Source of the DNA: Heteronotia binoei
Lineage: Eukaryota
Assembly (NCBI RefSeq): GCF_032191835.1
Contig: NC_083237.1
Coordinates: 24,738,001-24,802,000, forward strand
Reading direction: 5' to 3'
Length of the DNA: 64,000 bases
The translations under genes and the position numbers were made by a program. The notes under the pieces are model-generated. The model ran no database searches, was not told the origin of the DNA, and saw only the letters and a program-made list of their open reading frames with translations. This document shows positions 1 through 11,959 of this stretch, piece after piece (positions within the stretch are counted from its first letter, which is position 1; every line of letters starts with the position of its first letter).

Positions 1-573
1 GTAGGTCTTGTGTCTCCACATTAGCCTATTATATTGGCTCAAGCTTGAAGCCCACGAAAAAGTGTTTTGTTGCTTTTTTCTTCTGTCTTTGTTCTGCCTC
101 TATACCAAGCAAGTATACCAAGAACAATCTCTTTTCCACTACAAGATCTGAGAAATAAACTCTGCCCTTTCAGGATGAACTTTGCTACCCAGCCAGCTGA
201 TGGGACGAGTTCTGAACCTTTCTGCAGTAGAATAAAAATCAGTTTTTCTATGAATTAATTTCTTGGACATGAGTTGGCACTACCTGGTCAAAAGACTTAA
301 TCCGCTCTGGTCTTGAAGCCAGAATACCAAACTCTCCAGACTCCACCCCCAAATCTCCAGGAATTTACTAACCCACAGTGGGACAACCCTACAGGGCCAC
401 TATACCACTTCCTTGGCCATCAGCTTTGGCTGAATGAGGACAGAGTCCTGTGACACAATGGACAGAGGGATGGGCAGATTTGGGAAGCCAGTGTTCAGAT
501 GTCATTCTGTGTATGTCCACTTTGGTCACCCACAGCACAGGTCACAGTGAAAGGCCAGCAACATCTGCCAGAC

Positions 574-991
574 CAGGAGCGGCCAAACTGTGGCTCGGGA
601 GCCACACGTGGTTCTTTCACACATAATGTACAGCTCCCAGAGGTTGAGCCTTACTCTTTAGTAAGTATGCATAGCATCGGGACCTAAGTCAGCCTCTGAG
701 TGCTGACCCATATGTAGGCAACTATTTCCACCCTGTATGAAGTGGGGAAAGAGGGCTTCCCTTGCAAGCCCTGCTCCTCCACCATAGAGATCACCCAGTC
801 ACCTAGAGCGGGGAAAGAGACGAGGGGAAAAAGTGAGCACGTAAGACAGCTATGCCACCAAGTCCAGTTTTAAGTTTTAATAAAAATGAGTCTTGCAGTT
901 CTCAAACATCCAATGTTCATATCTTGTGGCTCTCAATCATCTGATGTTTATTCTTTATGGTTCTTACATTAAGCAAGTTTGGCCACCCTTC
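574..991. mobile_element. Non-autonomous hAT-type MITE (CAGGGGTGGCCAAAC TIR family); related copies at ~31791-32013, ~33153-33435, ~34828-35545 and 50600-54204 (split)
   Basis: Imperfect terminal inverted repeats caggagcggccaaac / gtttggccacccttc, flanked by the 8-bp direct repeat tgccagac (566-573 and 992-999). An 8-bp TSD is the hAT signature. Confidence 0.75.
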
Positions 992-1010
992 TGCCAGACG
1001 CACTCCAAAC

Positions 1011-1228
1011 TAGGGTTGCCAAGTCTATGTTGGAAAATATCTGGAGACTTTGGGGGTGGATCCAGGAGAGGGAGGGATTTAGGGAGGGGAGGAGCCTCAG
1101 CAGGATACAATGCCATGGAGTCCGCCTTTCAACGCAGCCCTTTTCTCCAGGGGAGCTGATCTCTGCCAGCTGGAGATCAGTTGGAAACATAGAAGATCTC
1201 CAGGCCCCACCTGGAGGCTGGCAACCTG
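1011..1228. mobile_element. ~200-bp TAGGGTTGCCA...TGGCAACCCT MITE (hAT-like), the most abundant repeat in the window; further copies e.g. 1476-1694, ~1910-2105, ~8120-8335, ~11330-11532, ~21062-21310, ~44060-44245, ~46135-46350, ~59995-60185, ~60795-61015, ~61055-61232, ~61322-61540
   Basis: Terminal inverted repeats plus the recurrent internal motifs gcagccattttctccagggg, ggagatcag and ggagatctccag, seen in both orientations. It explains many of the short spurious ORFs. Confidence 0.75.
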
Positions 1229-2181
1229 ATGACCAAAGCAACCCTCAGAGATGCTGTATGAGGTACGGCGGGCAAAGAGGTGTGGTACTGCCAAGGCCAG
1301 AGGAGAAGAAGCCAAATACTTACAAGAAAGGGGATACAGCATATGGGTGGCCTTCCCTGGGCTCTTTAAACCAACCAGAGTAAGAGCCAGGAAGGCAAAA
1401 AAATCCTAGTGGTGACCTCTAAGTAAAAGGCCTGCACTGGGGATGAGGAGAAGAGGATGACCCCAGAATGCTGGCTAGGGTTGCCAACTCTGAGTTTGGA
1501 AATTCCTGGACATTTGGGGAGTAGAGCCTGGAGAAGGTGTGATTTGGGGAGGGAAGGGACTTCAGCAGAAAAGAATGTCACAGAATCCACTCTTCAAAGC
1601 AGCCATTTTCTCCAGGGGACCTGAGCTCTGTCATCTGGAAACCAGTAGTAATTCCAAGATATCTCCAGCCATCACTTGAAGATTGGGAACCCTAATGCTG
1701 GCTGAATTCTCTCTTCCCATTCTGAGTTCCTGGAGGTAGAGGGATTGAACAAAAGGATTGAACCAAGCTCCCAGCTGCTCTTATTCTGATTTCAAAACCA
1801 CTAGCATTCCAAACAGGACGCAGCCTGAGAGGACCCTGAAGGGAAACCACAAAAGCAAAAGGGCCAAGGTATATAACCAGGAGAATCAAGAACCAAGTGC
1901 TTCTAGATAGAGCTGCCAAGTCCTGCTTGCGAAATCCCTGGAGATTTGAGGGTGGAGTTTGGGGAGGGCAGGGCTTGGGGAGAGACCTCAGCAGGGAACA
2001 ATGCCAGAGAGTCCACCTTCCAAAGCAGCCATTTTCTCCAGGGAAACTGATCTCGGTAGTCTCGAGATCGGTTGTAATCCCAGGAGATCTCCAGCCTCCA
2101 GCAACTCCACACTTTAAACTATAGGTGGAAGAGACCATGTGGCTGAATGCTTCCTGGTACCCTGAATCTTCTGGCAGACGG

Positions 2182-3403
2182 ATCCAGATTTACGCACAAG
2201 CTAAATAAGCTGCCGTTTAGGGGTTTGGATAGGGAAACCAGATCTCCCATTTCAATGTGAGACCTCCCATTGCTGTTGCCCACTGGCCTGCTGGGGGCAG
2301 TGGGAGGATGGGAGGAACTTGTTAAAATGGCACCACACCAATTGTGTGATGTCACTTCTAGTGAATACTTGGAAGTGACATCATGTCACTGGCAGGATGA
2401 CACCATCTAGTGTCAGATCAATGTCATGCTGGCAACATGACATCACTTCTGGATATTTGCTGGAAGTAATGTCATAGCATCATTCCTTCAGTTCCCACCC
2501 CTCACCCCACCCCCGGTTGCCAGCCAATAGTGGAACCAGACTAAACTGGCAGACTAAATATGGTAGTGTGTGTGATTTCACATCCACCTGAAGCACTTTC
2601 TGCCAATTTCCTCTTCCTGTCCCCCATGTCGTTTCTCATCCAGTTTTACGCACAAGCGAAATAAGCTGCCATTTAGGGTTTTGGATAGGGAAACCAGGTC
2701 TCCCATTTTGATGTGAGACCTCCCATCACGGTTGCCCACCAGCCTGCTGGGGGCCAGCGGGAGGATGGGGGGAACTTGTTAAAATGGCACCACACCAATT
2801 GCGTGATGTCACTTCTAGTTAGGGCTGCCAACCCCCCGACCCAGGAGGTTCTCAACTCACTGGCCCACATTGGGCCGGCAGAGGGAACCTCCCGCCGTAT
2901 CACTGCCGCGATGACATCACCCGCAACAATAGATACCATAGAGTTTTAACCTCCCAAATGGCTACAGCGTCCGGGAAAACCATAGAGTTTTCCCAGAAAT
3001 GCCTAGAGCGCCCCCACACAGTCGCTGCCATTTTGATGACATCACTTCTGGGTGATGTCATTTCGACACGCAGTGCAAGGACGGCTGTCCCCCGCTGGGG
3101 GATGAAGAGGACTTGGCAACCCTACTTCTAGTGAATACTCGGAAGTGACATCATGTCACTGGCAGGATGACAACATCTAGTGTCAGATCGATGTCATGCC
3201 AGCAACATGACATCACTTCTGGGTATTTGCTAGAAGTAATGTCATAGCATCATTTGTTCCCACCCCTCAGCCCCACCCCCCCAGTTGCCAGCCAATAGTC
3301 GAACCAGACTAAACTGGCAATGATAGTTTGTGTGATTTCACATCTTCCTGAAGCAATTTCTGTCAATTTCCCCTTCCTGTCCTCCATGTCATTTCTCTGA
3401 TCC
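2182..3403. repeat. Direct tandem duplication of a ~455-bp unit (2182-2637 / 2638-3403); the second copy carries a MITE insertion
   Basis: Both copies begin atccag(a/t)tttacgcacaagc and align throughout (gaagtgacatcatgtcactggcaggatgaca, gaaccagactaaactggca). Confidence 0.9.
2820..3124. mobile_element. hAT-type MITE inserted in copy 2 of the tandem duplication
   Basis: TIRs tagggctgccaa / ttggcaacccta and the 8-bp TSD cttctagt (2812-2819, 3125-3132). The empty site is present in copy 1 (2355-2362). Confidence 0.9.
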
Positions 3404-5331
3404 TACAAGAGTAGCATTTCATGGAGATCAGTGGGCTACAGTGAGAGGAGGGAGGGAGGCAGGAAAGCTCCATTCTGCCACTGGGAAATTTCATCTGAAT
3501 CCAACCTTTTTCTCCCAGCCTAAAGATCTTCCCTAGCCTTGGATTATGAGAGGCCTCTAAATATAAAATAGATTTCAGTGTTAGAATAATATATGTTTGG
3601 GGGATAATAACATCTAGATCTTAGCACCAAACCAAATGTTGATTGTTCTAATTACTGAATGAATAATTTTATAGAATGTATGGTTTATAATATGTATTGT
3701 TTTAACTGTTGTGGTGTTCTTATGCTGTGAGCCACCCTGAGCCTGCTTCGGTGGGGAAGGTGGGATACAAATCAAATCAAATCAATAAATAAGTGCTATG
3801 GGGACTCTTAAATCTGGCATCATTTAGGGCCTTGATATGTCTTTCTTTGGTCCTGCCTGCAGAGCTGATAATGTAGAGAAAAAAGTTCAGCCGAGCCTTG
3901 CCCCTAACATGCTGTTGTTGTCTTTTAATGCATCGGGTATTTTTTCCCCATGAGGAAGCATTCAGATATGCTATACCTTCCACCACAGCCCTTGTTAAGC
4001 AGAACACCTGGTTCTGGCTGACCCAGCCTCTGGCTGATGACTCCAGCATCTCACATTTGTGCTGTAGACAATGAATGCATCAACGTGGATGGATGAGAAA
4101 GGGTGCCAGTGGTTTGCTAGTGTACTTCAGTCATAAGAACCTAGGCATGTGCAATAATCCTTGTGGAGCAAATACAGGTCTGGAAACTCCCACTTTTAAA
4201 AAAAGTTAGAACATTTGTGTGTCTGTTGTCCATGTTAAAAAAAATGTATAAGGGCAGTAAACCATAACTATAATCATATCTATTTTTTAATTGAAAAGCA
4301 GCCTCTGGAGGCTGCAATACCAATCAGTGAAATGGCAAAAGCAACTTTTCCCCTTCCAGCTGTTACATGCCCAAAATAATCTCTCTGGCTGGTTTTAATT
4401 AGGAAAAAAAATCCATGGGGCTTCATTACACTATCTGACTGCAATATACAGTATGATACAGAACTGGCAACGGAACGTAGTCAAGAACGATATGCTGGGG
4501 ATGAAGGAACTAAGGCAATGAAATACAGGGGAAATAGGTGTTGCAACTATTGCATCTTGCTGTCTTTGGCAGCAGTGCACCTATGCTTCTTGTCAGTGCC
4601 ACTGAATTCAAGCATCTGTACAGCAGTTTTTGCAGTACTTTGATTCAGCAGTATCTATATTGCATTCAGGCAGTAGCCAGCTGCTATTTTCATTTTCATG
4701 TGTCAAGGACTCAGGAGCAACCTAGACCCAAAGGTCAAGCTAAAATCAACAACTGTTTTGTTATTTCCCGGCGGGCAGCCATGTTGGCCTGAAGCAGTAG
4801 AACAACATTTTGTTTTTTGTTTTGTTATTTGACTACATCCATTGCTAAGTGCTGCCCTGCAATTTCCAGATCTTTATTTGAAATGAGTTGTTCCTAAGTT
4901 ATCACAGGAGGCTGCCAGCCGACATTCCAGAAGCATTTGGGATGGGGCACTGGGCAGAAGTGGCATCTGGAGACATGTAATGTCACATCTGCCCCAAAAC
5001 TCTATGGTGCTATGTGTGATTTCACATCCACCTGAACCCCCAGATGCTCTGGCTATCCCTAAAAGCTCCACAATAATTACCATGGGGGTTTCGAGGGTAG
5101 CCAGATCATCACCTGATGTGCTTCTGCCACATTTGGGTTTGGGGATGGATGTGACATCACCATTGTGGGATGTTATTTTCAGCCTGCGGCTTTTCTTCTG
5201 CCACTCAGAGGAGCAAATGTGGGAGGGAGGGCCTAACCAGTGAGAGGCCTCTGGCTGGTGTCTCCATTTGTTTCTTTGGGGGAATAGTTTTGATTTTTTT
5301 TCTTTTGTGGGTGTGGGTATGTCTGCACCTG

Positions 5332-5523
5332 GAAGTCATGTTGACCTATGGTGACTGACCCCTACTGGGTGCTTGGAGGGTATTCAGGGAGGTGGCTGAA
5401 TATGCCTGCCCCTGCCTCCTGACTGGGTATTTCAAGGACAGACTTCCATCCAAGTACTAACCACAGTCGGCCCTGCTTAGCTTCTGAGAGATCAGGCTTG
5501 CTTGGGCTATCCAGGTCAGGTCT
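5332..5523 (-). mobile_element. 5S rRNA-derived SINE; a second, shorter related copy at ~34690-34810
   Basis: The minus strand reads ...gcctgatctctcagaagctaagcagggccgactgtggttagtacttggatggaag..., a diverged partial match to the 5S rRNA internal region (ggaagctaagcagggtcgggcctggttagtacttggatgg), joined to an unrelated body. Confidence 0.7.
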
Positions 5524-5559
5524 ATTTGTTTCTAATGCCCTTATAATAGTGGCCACTCA

Positions 5560-5859
<300 letters not shown>

Positions 5860-6189
5860 CTAACAAGAGCCACAAAGCTAGGGGTGGAGTTCAGAATCTC
5901 TGGAATCAAGCTAGGAGCATTTGGGATTTTAGGCAGCCCCTGCCTCACACTGGCTTCTGGAAGAGCTGTTTGACAATGCTTTATAATGTCCACAGCAGGC
6001 CTGTAGCTACAGGGGGGCCTGTGGGCCCTGCCCCCTGACTTCCTGTTGGGTGCCCCAAGAACCACAGCAGTGGTGGCCAGGGGAGGGAAGCTGCTAAGTG
6101 CCCCCTGGCCACCACCGCTGTGGTTCTTGGGGCAACCTAAGCACCCATTTTCTCCAAAGGGACTAATCACTGTAGTCTGGAGCAATACT

Positions 6190-6362
6190 CCTTCTAAGCT
6201 GTGAGCAAAAATTCTACTTTGTGAGCAACTGCCATTAAAGTTGTGAGCTGCTGCATAAATATGTTTGCTCTGGGGCCATTTTTCTTGAGCTGAGACAAAA
6301 ATGTGTGAGTCGGAGACTAAAAAAACTCCCATTAGCTCACACTAACTCAGCTTAGAGGGAAA
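6190..6362. mobile_element. ~170-bp MITE with CAGTGTTCCCTCTAAG / CTTAGAGGGAACACTG-type TIRs; copies at ~10085-10275, ~20170-20570 (interrupted) and ~30283-30460
   Basis: Near-identical internal sequence (gtgagcaaaaattctac...gctctggggccattttt...gctagctcacactaactcagcttagagggaa) at four positions. Confidence 0.7.
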
Positions 6363-6434
6363 GAGTTTGAGCATGATAGCAGGTTTCTGAGGTAATAACA
6401 AAACCCCAGCCTTGCAAGGAATCATAGGAAGAGC

Positions 6435-6620
6435 AGGGCTTTTTTTGAGCAGGAATGCAGTTCCAGCTGACTTGGCGTAAGGGTGTGTGGCCTAAAATCC
6501 AAATGAGTTCCTGCTGGGCTTTTTCTACAAAAAAAAAGCCCTTTGTGAAACAATGGTGACATCAGGGGATGAGGCCTAATAGGCAAATAAGTTCCTGCTG
6601 GGCTTTTTCTACAAAACTTA
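6435..6620. mobile_element. CAGGGCTTTTTT...AAAAAAGCCCTG MITE family; copies at ~6835-7025, ~20598-20660, ~20810-20990, ~24230-24432, ~39660-39780
   Basis: Repeated motifs gggtgtggcctaatatgcaaatgagttcctgctgggctttttctacaaaaaa with inverted termini. Confidence 0.7.
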
Positions 6621-7222
6621 TTTTTAAATTTTAGGAGTCTTCCCCCTTTTGATACATGCACGGTCATAGTTTTATGCATCCCTACAGTGTGTGTAGAAGT
6701 TCCTGCCTTGTCTATTTGTTCTGTTTCCTAACCATAATTGGGGTGAGCCACTTGACTATTAGAAGGCACAATGACAATGGTGATTCACACACAGAAGGCC
6801 CCAGCTTCTATCTTTGGCATTTCTAGATTAAAAGCAGGGCTTTTTTTTTTTTTAGCAGGAACACACAGGAACTCAGTTCCAGCTGGCTTAGTCTCAGGGG
6901 GTGTGGCCTACTATGCAAATGAGTTCCTGTTGGGCTTTTAAAGAAAAACAATGGTGACACCAAGGGGAGTGTGGCCTGTATGCAAATGAGTTCCTGTTGG
7001 GCCTTTTCTACAAAAAAAGCCCTGAGGATTCCTGGTTGCAAGGCTTGGGGTAGGGGTGGGGAATCTGTCTTCAACAAATACTATTGGAACAGAAAATCCT
7101 GGCCAAGAACTAATGGTGTGACTCAGCAATAAAAGCTTCACTTATTCTATCAGACCCCACCCATTTTTCTTCTAAACAAATGGTCCTGCTGCCTTGCCCT
7201 CAACCCCCTCCCAACATCTCAC

Positions 7223-7270
7223 CTTTTTCTGACTCCGGGGGCAGCTCTATGAAGCTCCGGCACTTCTCTT
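7223..7270 (-). CDS. GSG1/GSG1L-family protein, coding exon 2
   Basis: Acceptor cccttgccag|AA and donor AAAG|gtgaga; 48 nt, phase 1-1. Translates (E)EKCRSFIELPPESEK(G), matching the family motif EKCRSFI(D/E)L.P..EKG. Confidence 0.92.
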
Positions 7271-9284
7271 CTGGCAAGGGGAGGAACAACAAAAGCAGAA
7301 AGAGTCCAGTTTAGCCCAAACTGGTGGTGAAACAGGCACTTATTGAACTCCAAGACTCCCCCTCCCAAGCAGTAAAGCTTTCCATTTCTTTCCTCCGCCT
7401 CCCAGCTTTGAAATGGGAGAGTAGCTTTGGTTTCAGCTGAGCTAGGATGCACGTCCACTCCCCCCTAAAAACCCCCTTTGTGGTGGCAGGAATGGTCTTT
7501 GCCAATGGGCAACAGGGGCAGCTGCCCTGGGCCTCTCACTGGGAGGGGCCCCAAACACCATGCCCCTTCCCAAAAGGACGGGGAGAAAGAGAAGGCAGAG
7601 GAGGTTCCAGCCATCCCTCAGGCTGCAGCTCCCACCTGCTCTCATGGGGCGTGAACCACTTCTTGCATTGTCCTGGGAGGCCAGCTGTGGGTCACCAGTT
7701 CCACCAGAGCCCCCATCCTGAGCTTTCTGCCCAGGGCTCTGGAATCACTACGACCACCTGTGAGGTGTGGGCAGAATCAGCCCAGCTTGAATAGAAGGCA
7801 CCAGTCAAAGAATAGAGGGCACCAGTCGGTTAAAGAGTGGCCAGCTGTGGCATGTTGGTGTGATGCCACCAAACAATGCAGAGACAGGGCATGGGCCAAT
7901 CGCTGCAGTCCAAAATCTCTTGCAAAGAAAGAGCATAGGCTGCAGCAGATTGGCCTCGCAGCTGGTCTCCTGCAACTGCACCCTGCAGATCACGCAATCC
8001 TGAAGCAAGCCCCCCCACCCCCCACCCTGCAACTCACAGGGTGTGAGAGAGAATGTTCCCTTGGAATAGACACTCCCAATGCACCTCTGGAAAGAGAGGT
8101 ATCATTATCTGGCTACCTACTAAGGGTTTTCCTGCTCTGGGTTGGGCTGGATATTTGGGAGGTGGAGCCTGAGGATGGAAGAGTTTGGAGAGGGGAGGGA
8201 CTTCAATGGGGCATGATGCCATACTGTACCCCTTCTGAATCGGCCATTTTCTCCAGTGAACTGATCTCTATCACCTGGAGATCTGTTTTCGTCCCTGGAG
8301 ATTTCCAACTGCCCCCTGGAGGCTGGCAACCCTACATCTACTTCAGGGTAATTCTGAATGTGCCAGGGAAACCCCGTCATCTTGAGGCTGTTTCTTAAGA
8401 TAGTTAGTACTGCACAAGAACCTCCCACACCACAAGTGTGTTGGATACCCATTACGGCTGGGGTTCAGTTGGCAGCCAGGCCACAGAGATAATACACTTG
8501 GCCCATATTTCTTGTCCCATTTTTCAATACTCCACACCCTGCAAAGTTCATTTTCTAGCAGCCCCATCAATTTCCTTATCCTGTTTCCTCATCTGTGCCT
8601 CAAGGCTTTCTCGCTCCACCCGAAAATGCATTTTCTCTCCATGCAATTTGTCAAACTCTCTTCCAGGGACGGCCCTCCCATTAAGTCGAGTGGGTAGATA
8701 GCCCCAGGCGACAGAGCTCTGGGTTGCTATTAAAGGTTGCTGAACAGTCAGTGATCCATGATATTATTAAATATGAACCCAAGCGTGTGCGTGCCATTTG
8801 GACGCTCTTCCCCAGGTGCTAAGAAGCCTTGGGCCTGGCCTGCCATTTTTGCTCACCTCCCTTCTGTTCTCAAGACCTCGCTATCTTCCCAAATTACCTC
8901 ATGGCTGGTTTATACAATATGGCCATCACACACAGACTGCTCCTGGTCAGTGCCTGTGATCATGTCGTGAGCCATTTGTATGTAGCAGCACACAGCCCAG
9001 ATCAGCTGTTTTTCTCCACACCCCAGAAAATATTTGGGTGGGGGAGGTTCACAAGAGTCAGTCTGGGGACAGGGTAACCCCATTCAATTAACAATGACCT
9101 TGGGAACAGCTCACAGCCAGTTCCAGGTTCTGAGGTGCCCTAAGCAGAGAGTGCTTAGCCCCCTCAGGACACCCCCTCACAGTTCCATTTCTGCCAGGGC
9201 CAGCCCTAAACTGTCTGGCACCCTAATAAGGTAGTCCCCCCCTGTACAGGCACCAACCCATGAGGTGACATCGTATCACATTTT

Positions 9285-9482
9285 CATGGCAGACTTTTTA
9301 CGGGGTGGTTTGCCATTGCCTTCCCCAGTCATCTACACTTTCCCCCCAGTAAGCTGGGTACTCATTTTACTGATGGAAGGCTGAGTCAACCTAGAGCCAG
9401 CTACTTGAACCCAGCTTCTGCTGGGATCGAACTTAAGTCGTGAGCAGAGTTTGGACTGCCGTACTGCAGCTTACCACTCTGG
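9285..9482 (-). mobile_element. Sauria SINE; another minus-strand copy at ~37088-37332
   Basis: Reverse complement of the 10322-10557 copy (ggtggtttgccattgccttccccagtcatctacac...agctgggtactcatttt). Confidence 0.75.
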
Positions 9483-10321
9483 GCCAAGGGGGCACCCTAG
9501 GCAAGGCTAACTCCTGGTGCCCCCCCACACTGATAACATCACCAAGTTACATGGGGGGGGCGCTGCAGACTGGCATCCTAGGCAATCACCTAGTTTGCCT
9601 AGTGGCAGGGCCAGCCCTGGTTTCTGCCCCCACCAAATCTTTCCTCCGCCTACTCACAATCCCTCCCCTGCTAACAGCCACCCGGATGCTTTTTCCTCAA
9701 AGGCACAGGGCAGTGAGGAGGGGCTGGGAGTGCCACTGTTATCATAAGGATTACAGCTTATACCACCAGACACTTTTTCCTGGAGGTGCCGGGCAGCCCA
9801 GGTAGCTGAGAGCACAGGAGGCAGAATGCTCCCAAGTGAGTGGGTGAGGGAAGAGTGTGCAGGAAGGTGGCCAAGGAAGTATACAGGTAGGCGTAGGGGT
9901 CAGTGGTCTCTGCCAGAATTTTTGGGCCCTGGCAGATGCCCCACCTCAAGGTATGCTGATGCCAGCCCTGGTAACAGCGGAGTCCATGTCTTGATGGCTA
10001 CGGAATGTGGACTGGGACTACTCTGTAGCCTCCTCTCATTCTGCTCTTGGACTTTGCCTTTCCCTCTCCGCATTACTCATTGCTAGCCCCCCAAACAATG
10101 CTCCCTCTAAGCTATGGAGTCTTGTGAGCAAAAATTCTACTTCGTGAGCTGCTGACATTAAAGTTGTGAGTTGCTGCATAAATTAGTTTGCTCTGGGGCC
10201 ATTTTTCTGCTAAGACAGAAATGTGCGAGCCAGAGGCTAAGAAAACTGTGAGCTAGCTCACACTAACTTAAACACTGCCCCAACCTCTTGCCCATCTCTG
10301 TCTTGTCCCTCTGATAGTCCT

Positions 10322-10557
10322 AAGCTCTCCTCATGACTTGAGTTTGATTCCCGGCGGTAGCTGGGTTTTCAGGTAGCTGGCTTGAGGTTGACTCAGCCTT
10401 CCATCCTTCCGAGGTGGGTAAAATGAGTACCCAGCTTGCTGGGGGGGAAGTGTAGATGACTGGGGAAGGCAATGGCAAACCACCCCATAAAACGTCTGCC
10501 TTGAAAACGTTGTGAAAGCAATGGCACCCCAGAATCAGAGACGACTGGAGGGGACCT
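10322..10557 (+). mobile_element. Sauria SINE
   Basis: Characteristic body ggttgactcagccttccatccttccgaggt-ggtaaaatgagtacccagcttgctggggg...ggcaatggcaaaccacc. Confidence 0.75.
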
Positions 10558-10579
10558 GAGATATCAACCAATTACATAC

Positions 10580-10889
10580 CTCCATGGTGTTCCTCACAGG
10601 ACAACCAGAAGCCCGTGTGGAAATATCGAAAAGCGTACTTGTCTTCTCCCGTCTCCCAGATGTATTGGACGACATGGGGGTCCATGGTCACATTCCCATC
10701 CATTGTCTCGTTGCTGTTGATGGGCACACAGTTCCCCTTCTTGACCGCTGAGAGGCAGGGGGGCTTCACCACCTTGTGGGTCCCCTCGCACCAGTAGCTG
10801 GTGCTGAAGGCTGACACGGAGAAGCAGAGAGCCAGGGAATTGAGGCCCAAGGAGAGCATGGAGCGGGCCTTTCGGCTCAGTTTAATCAT
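10580..10889 (-). CDS. GSG1/GSG1L-family protein, coding exon 1
   Basis: ATG at 10889 (ggaccATGa) and donor GGAG|gtatgt at 10580. MIKLSRKARSMLSLGLNSLALCFSVSAFSTSYWCEGTHKVVKPPC...VVQYIWETGEDKYAFRYFHTGFWLSCEEHHG contains TM1 and the claudin-family W..G...VxKP.C, WETG.D and FH.G.W.SCEE motifs. Splices in frame to exons 2 and 3. Confidence 0.93.
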
Positions 10890-11715
10890 GGTCCCAGTTT
10901 GCCGAGAGAGGTGAGGACAGGATGGTGATTTTGGTGCTGCAAGGTGATTCCCGTGACTAGATTCCTCCAGAATTTCAGAAACCAATGTTCTTGGGGACAA
11001 TTCTGGTGTTTCCTTCTTTCGGCCGACAGAAACCAGTTCTGAACAAACCTCTGTTTATAAAGAATGTCTTGCTTCGGATAATTATTTTCTCTTTCTTACT
11101 AGTAAGCTGTGGGCCATCCATTGAGTATGGCTCTGCTTCTTAAAAGCAACAAAGCACAAAATGGAAATTGTCTTTGAAACTAAATTCAGCCTGGGGTTCT
11201 GTTCTTATTAGTGACTTCTTACTTCTGATTGCAAGGAGGTGAAAATCAAAGTTATTATTTATTTGCTTTACTTCTTGACATTATTAACCTTTCCCACAGC
11301 TTTTCTTAGGAAATGATATTGGATTGCCAGTCTCCAGGTGGGACTTGGAGTTCTACCAGAATTACAAGTGGTCACTGGAAACAGAAATCAGTTCCCCTGG
11401 AGAAAATGGCAACTTTGGAGAGCAGACTCTATGGCATCACATTCCCCCCCAAGCTCCCTCCCTAAATTCCACCCTCCCCAGGTACTTCCCCCTCAATTTA
11501 CAGGAATTTCCCAAGGTGGAGTTAGCAACCCTAAAAAGACAACAGGGCATCAGGTTTTCTGGGAAAGGTGCAAAAATGAACAGCTAGAAAGCTAGCAGCC
11601 AGGACTGTGAGGCTTTCCTGGTTACCAGAGGAAATAAAATGAGTGATGGGCAATATGTCTCCTGTGTGCTTTCAAGGGGCCTTTTAAGACACACACACAC
11701 ACATCCAATCCTTAT

Positions 11716-11920
11716 ATATGAAGCTGCCTTATACTGAATCAGACCCTCGGTCCATCAAAGTCAGTATTGTCTACTCAGACTGGCAGCGGCTCTCCAGGGT
11801 CTCAAGCTAAGGTTTTTCACACCTATTTGCCGGAACCCTTTTAGTTGGAGATGCCGGGGATTGAACCTGGGACCTTCTGCTTACCAAGCAGATGCTCTAC
11901 CACTGAGCTACCGTCCCTCC
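11716..11920 (-). mobile_element. tRNA-derived SINE; a near-identical copy at ~57866-58075 (-) and a diverged copy at ~34470-34625 (+)
   Basis: The minus strand has tRNA-like A/B boxes (gtagctcagtggtagagcatctgcttggtaagcagaaggtcccaggttcaatcccc) followed by a non-tRNA body shared between copies. Confidence 0.8.
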
Positions 11921-11959
11921 TTTCCCCCTTTACAGCTATATTAATGCAAAAGAAATCTT

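Noticed and set aside
5440-5523. 5S rRNA gene
   Set aside because: Only a diverged partial 5S match fused to an unrelated body, with a second decayed copy at ~34750. This is a 5S-derived SINE head, not a functional rRNA gene.
7760-8398. 212-aa plus-strand ORF
   Set aside because: No recognisable domain, a non-ATG start, and the 3' half runs through a MITE. It lies antisense within an intron.
10890-11000. N-terminal extension of the GSG1L-like ORF shown in the ORF track
   Set aside because: It starts at TTG and has no family similarity; the ATG at 10889 matches the family start position.
11860-11920. tRNA gene (also ~58010-58075, ~29120-29190)
   Set aside because: tRNA-like A/B boxes continue into shared SINE bodies, and there is no complete cloverleaf or acceptor stem.
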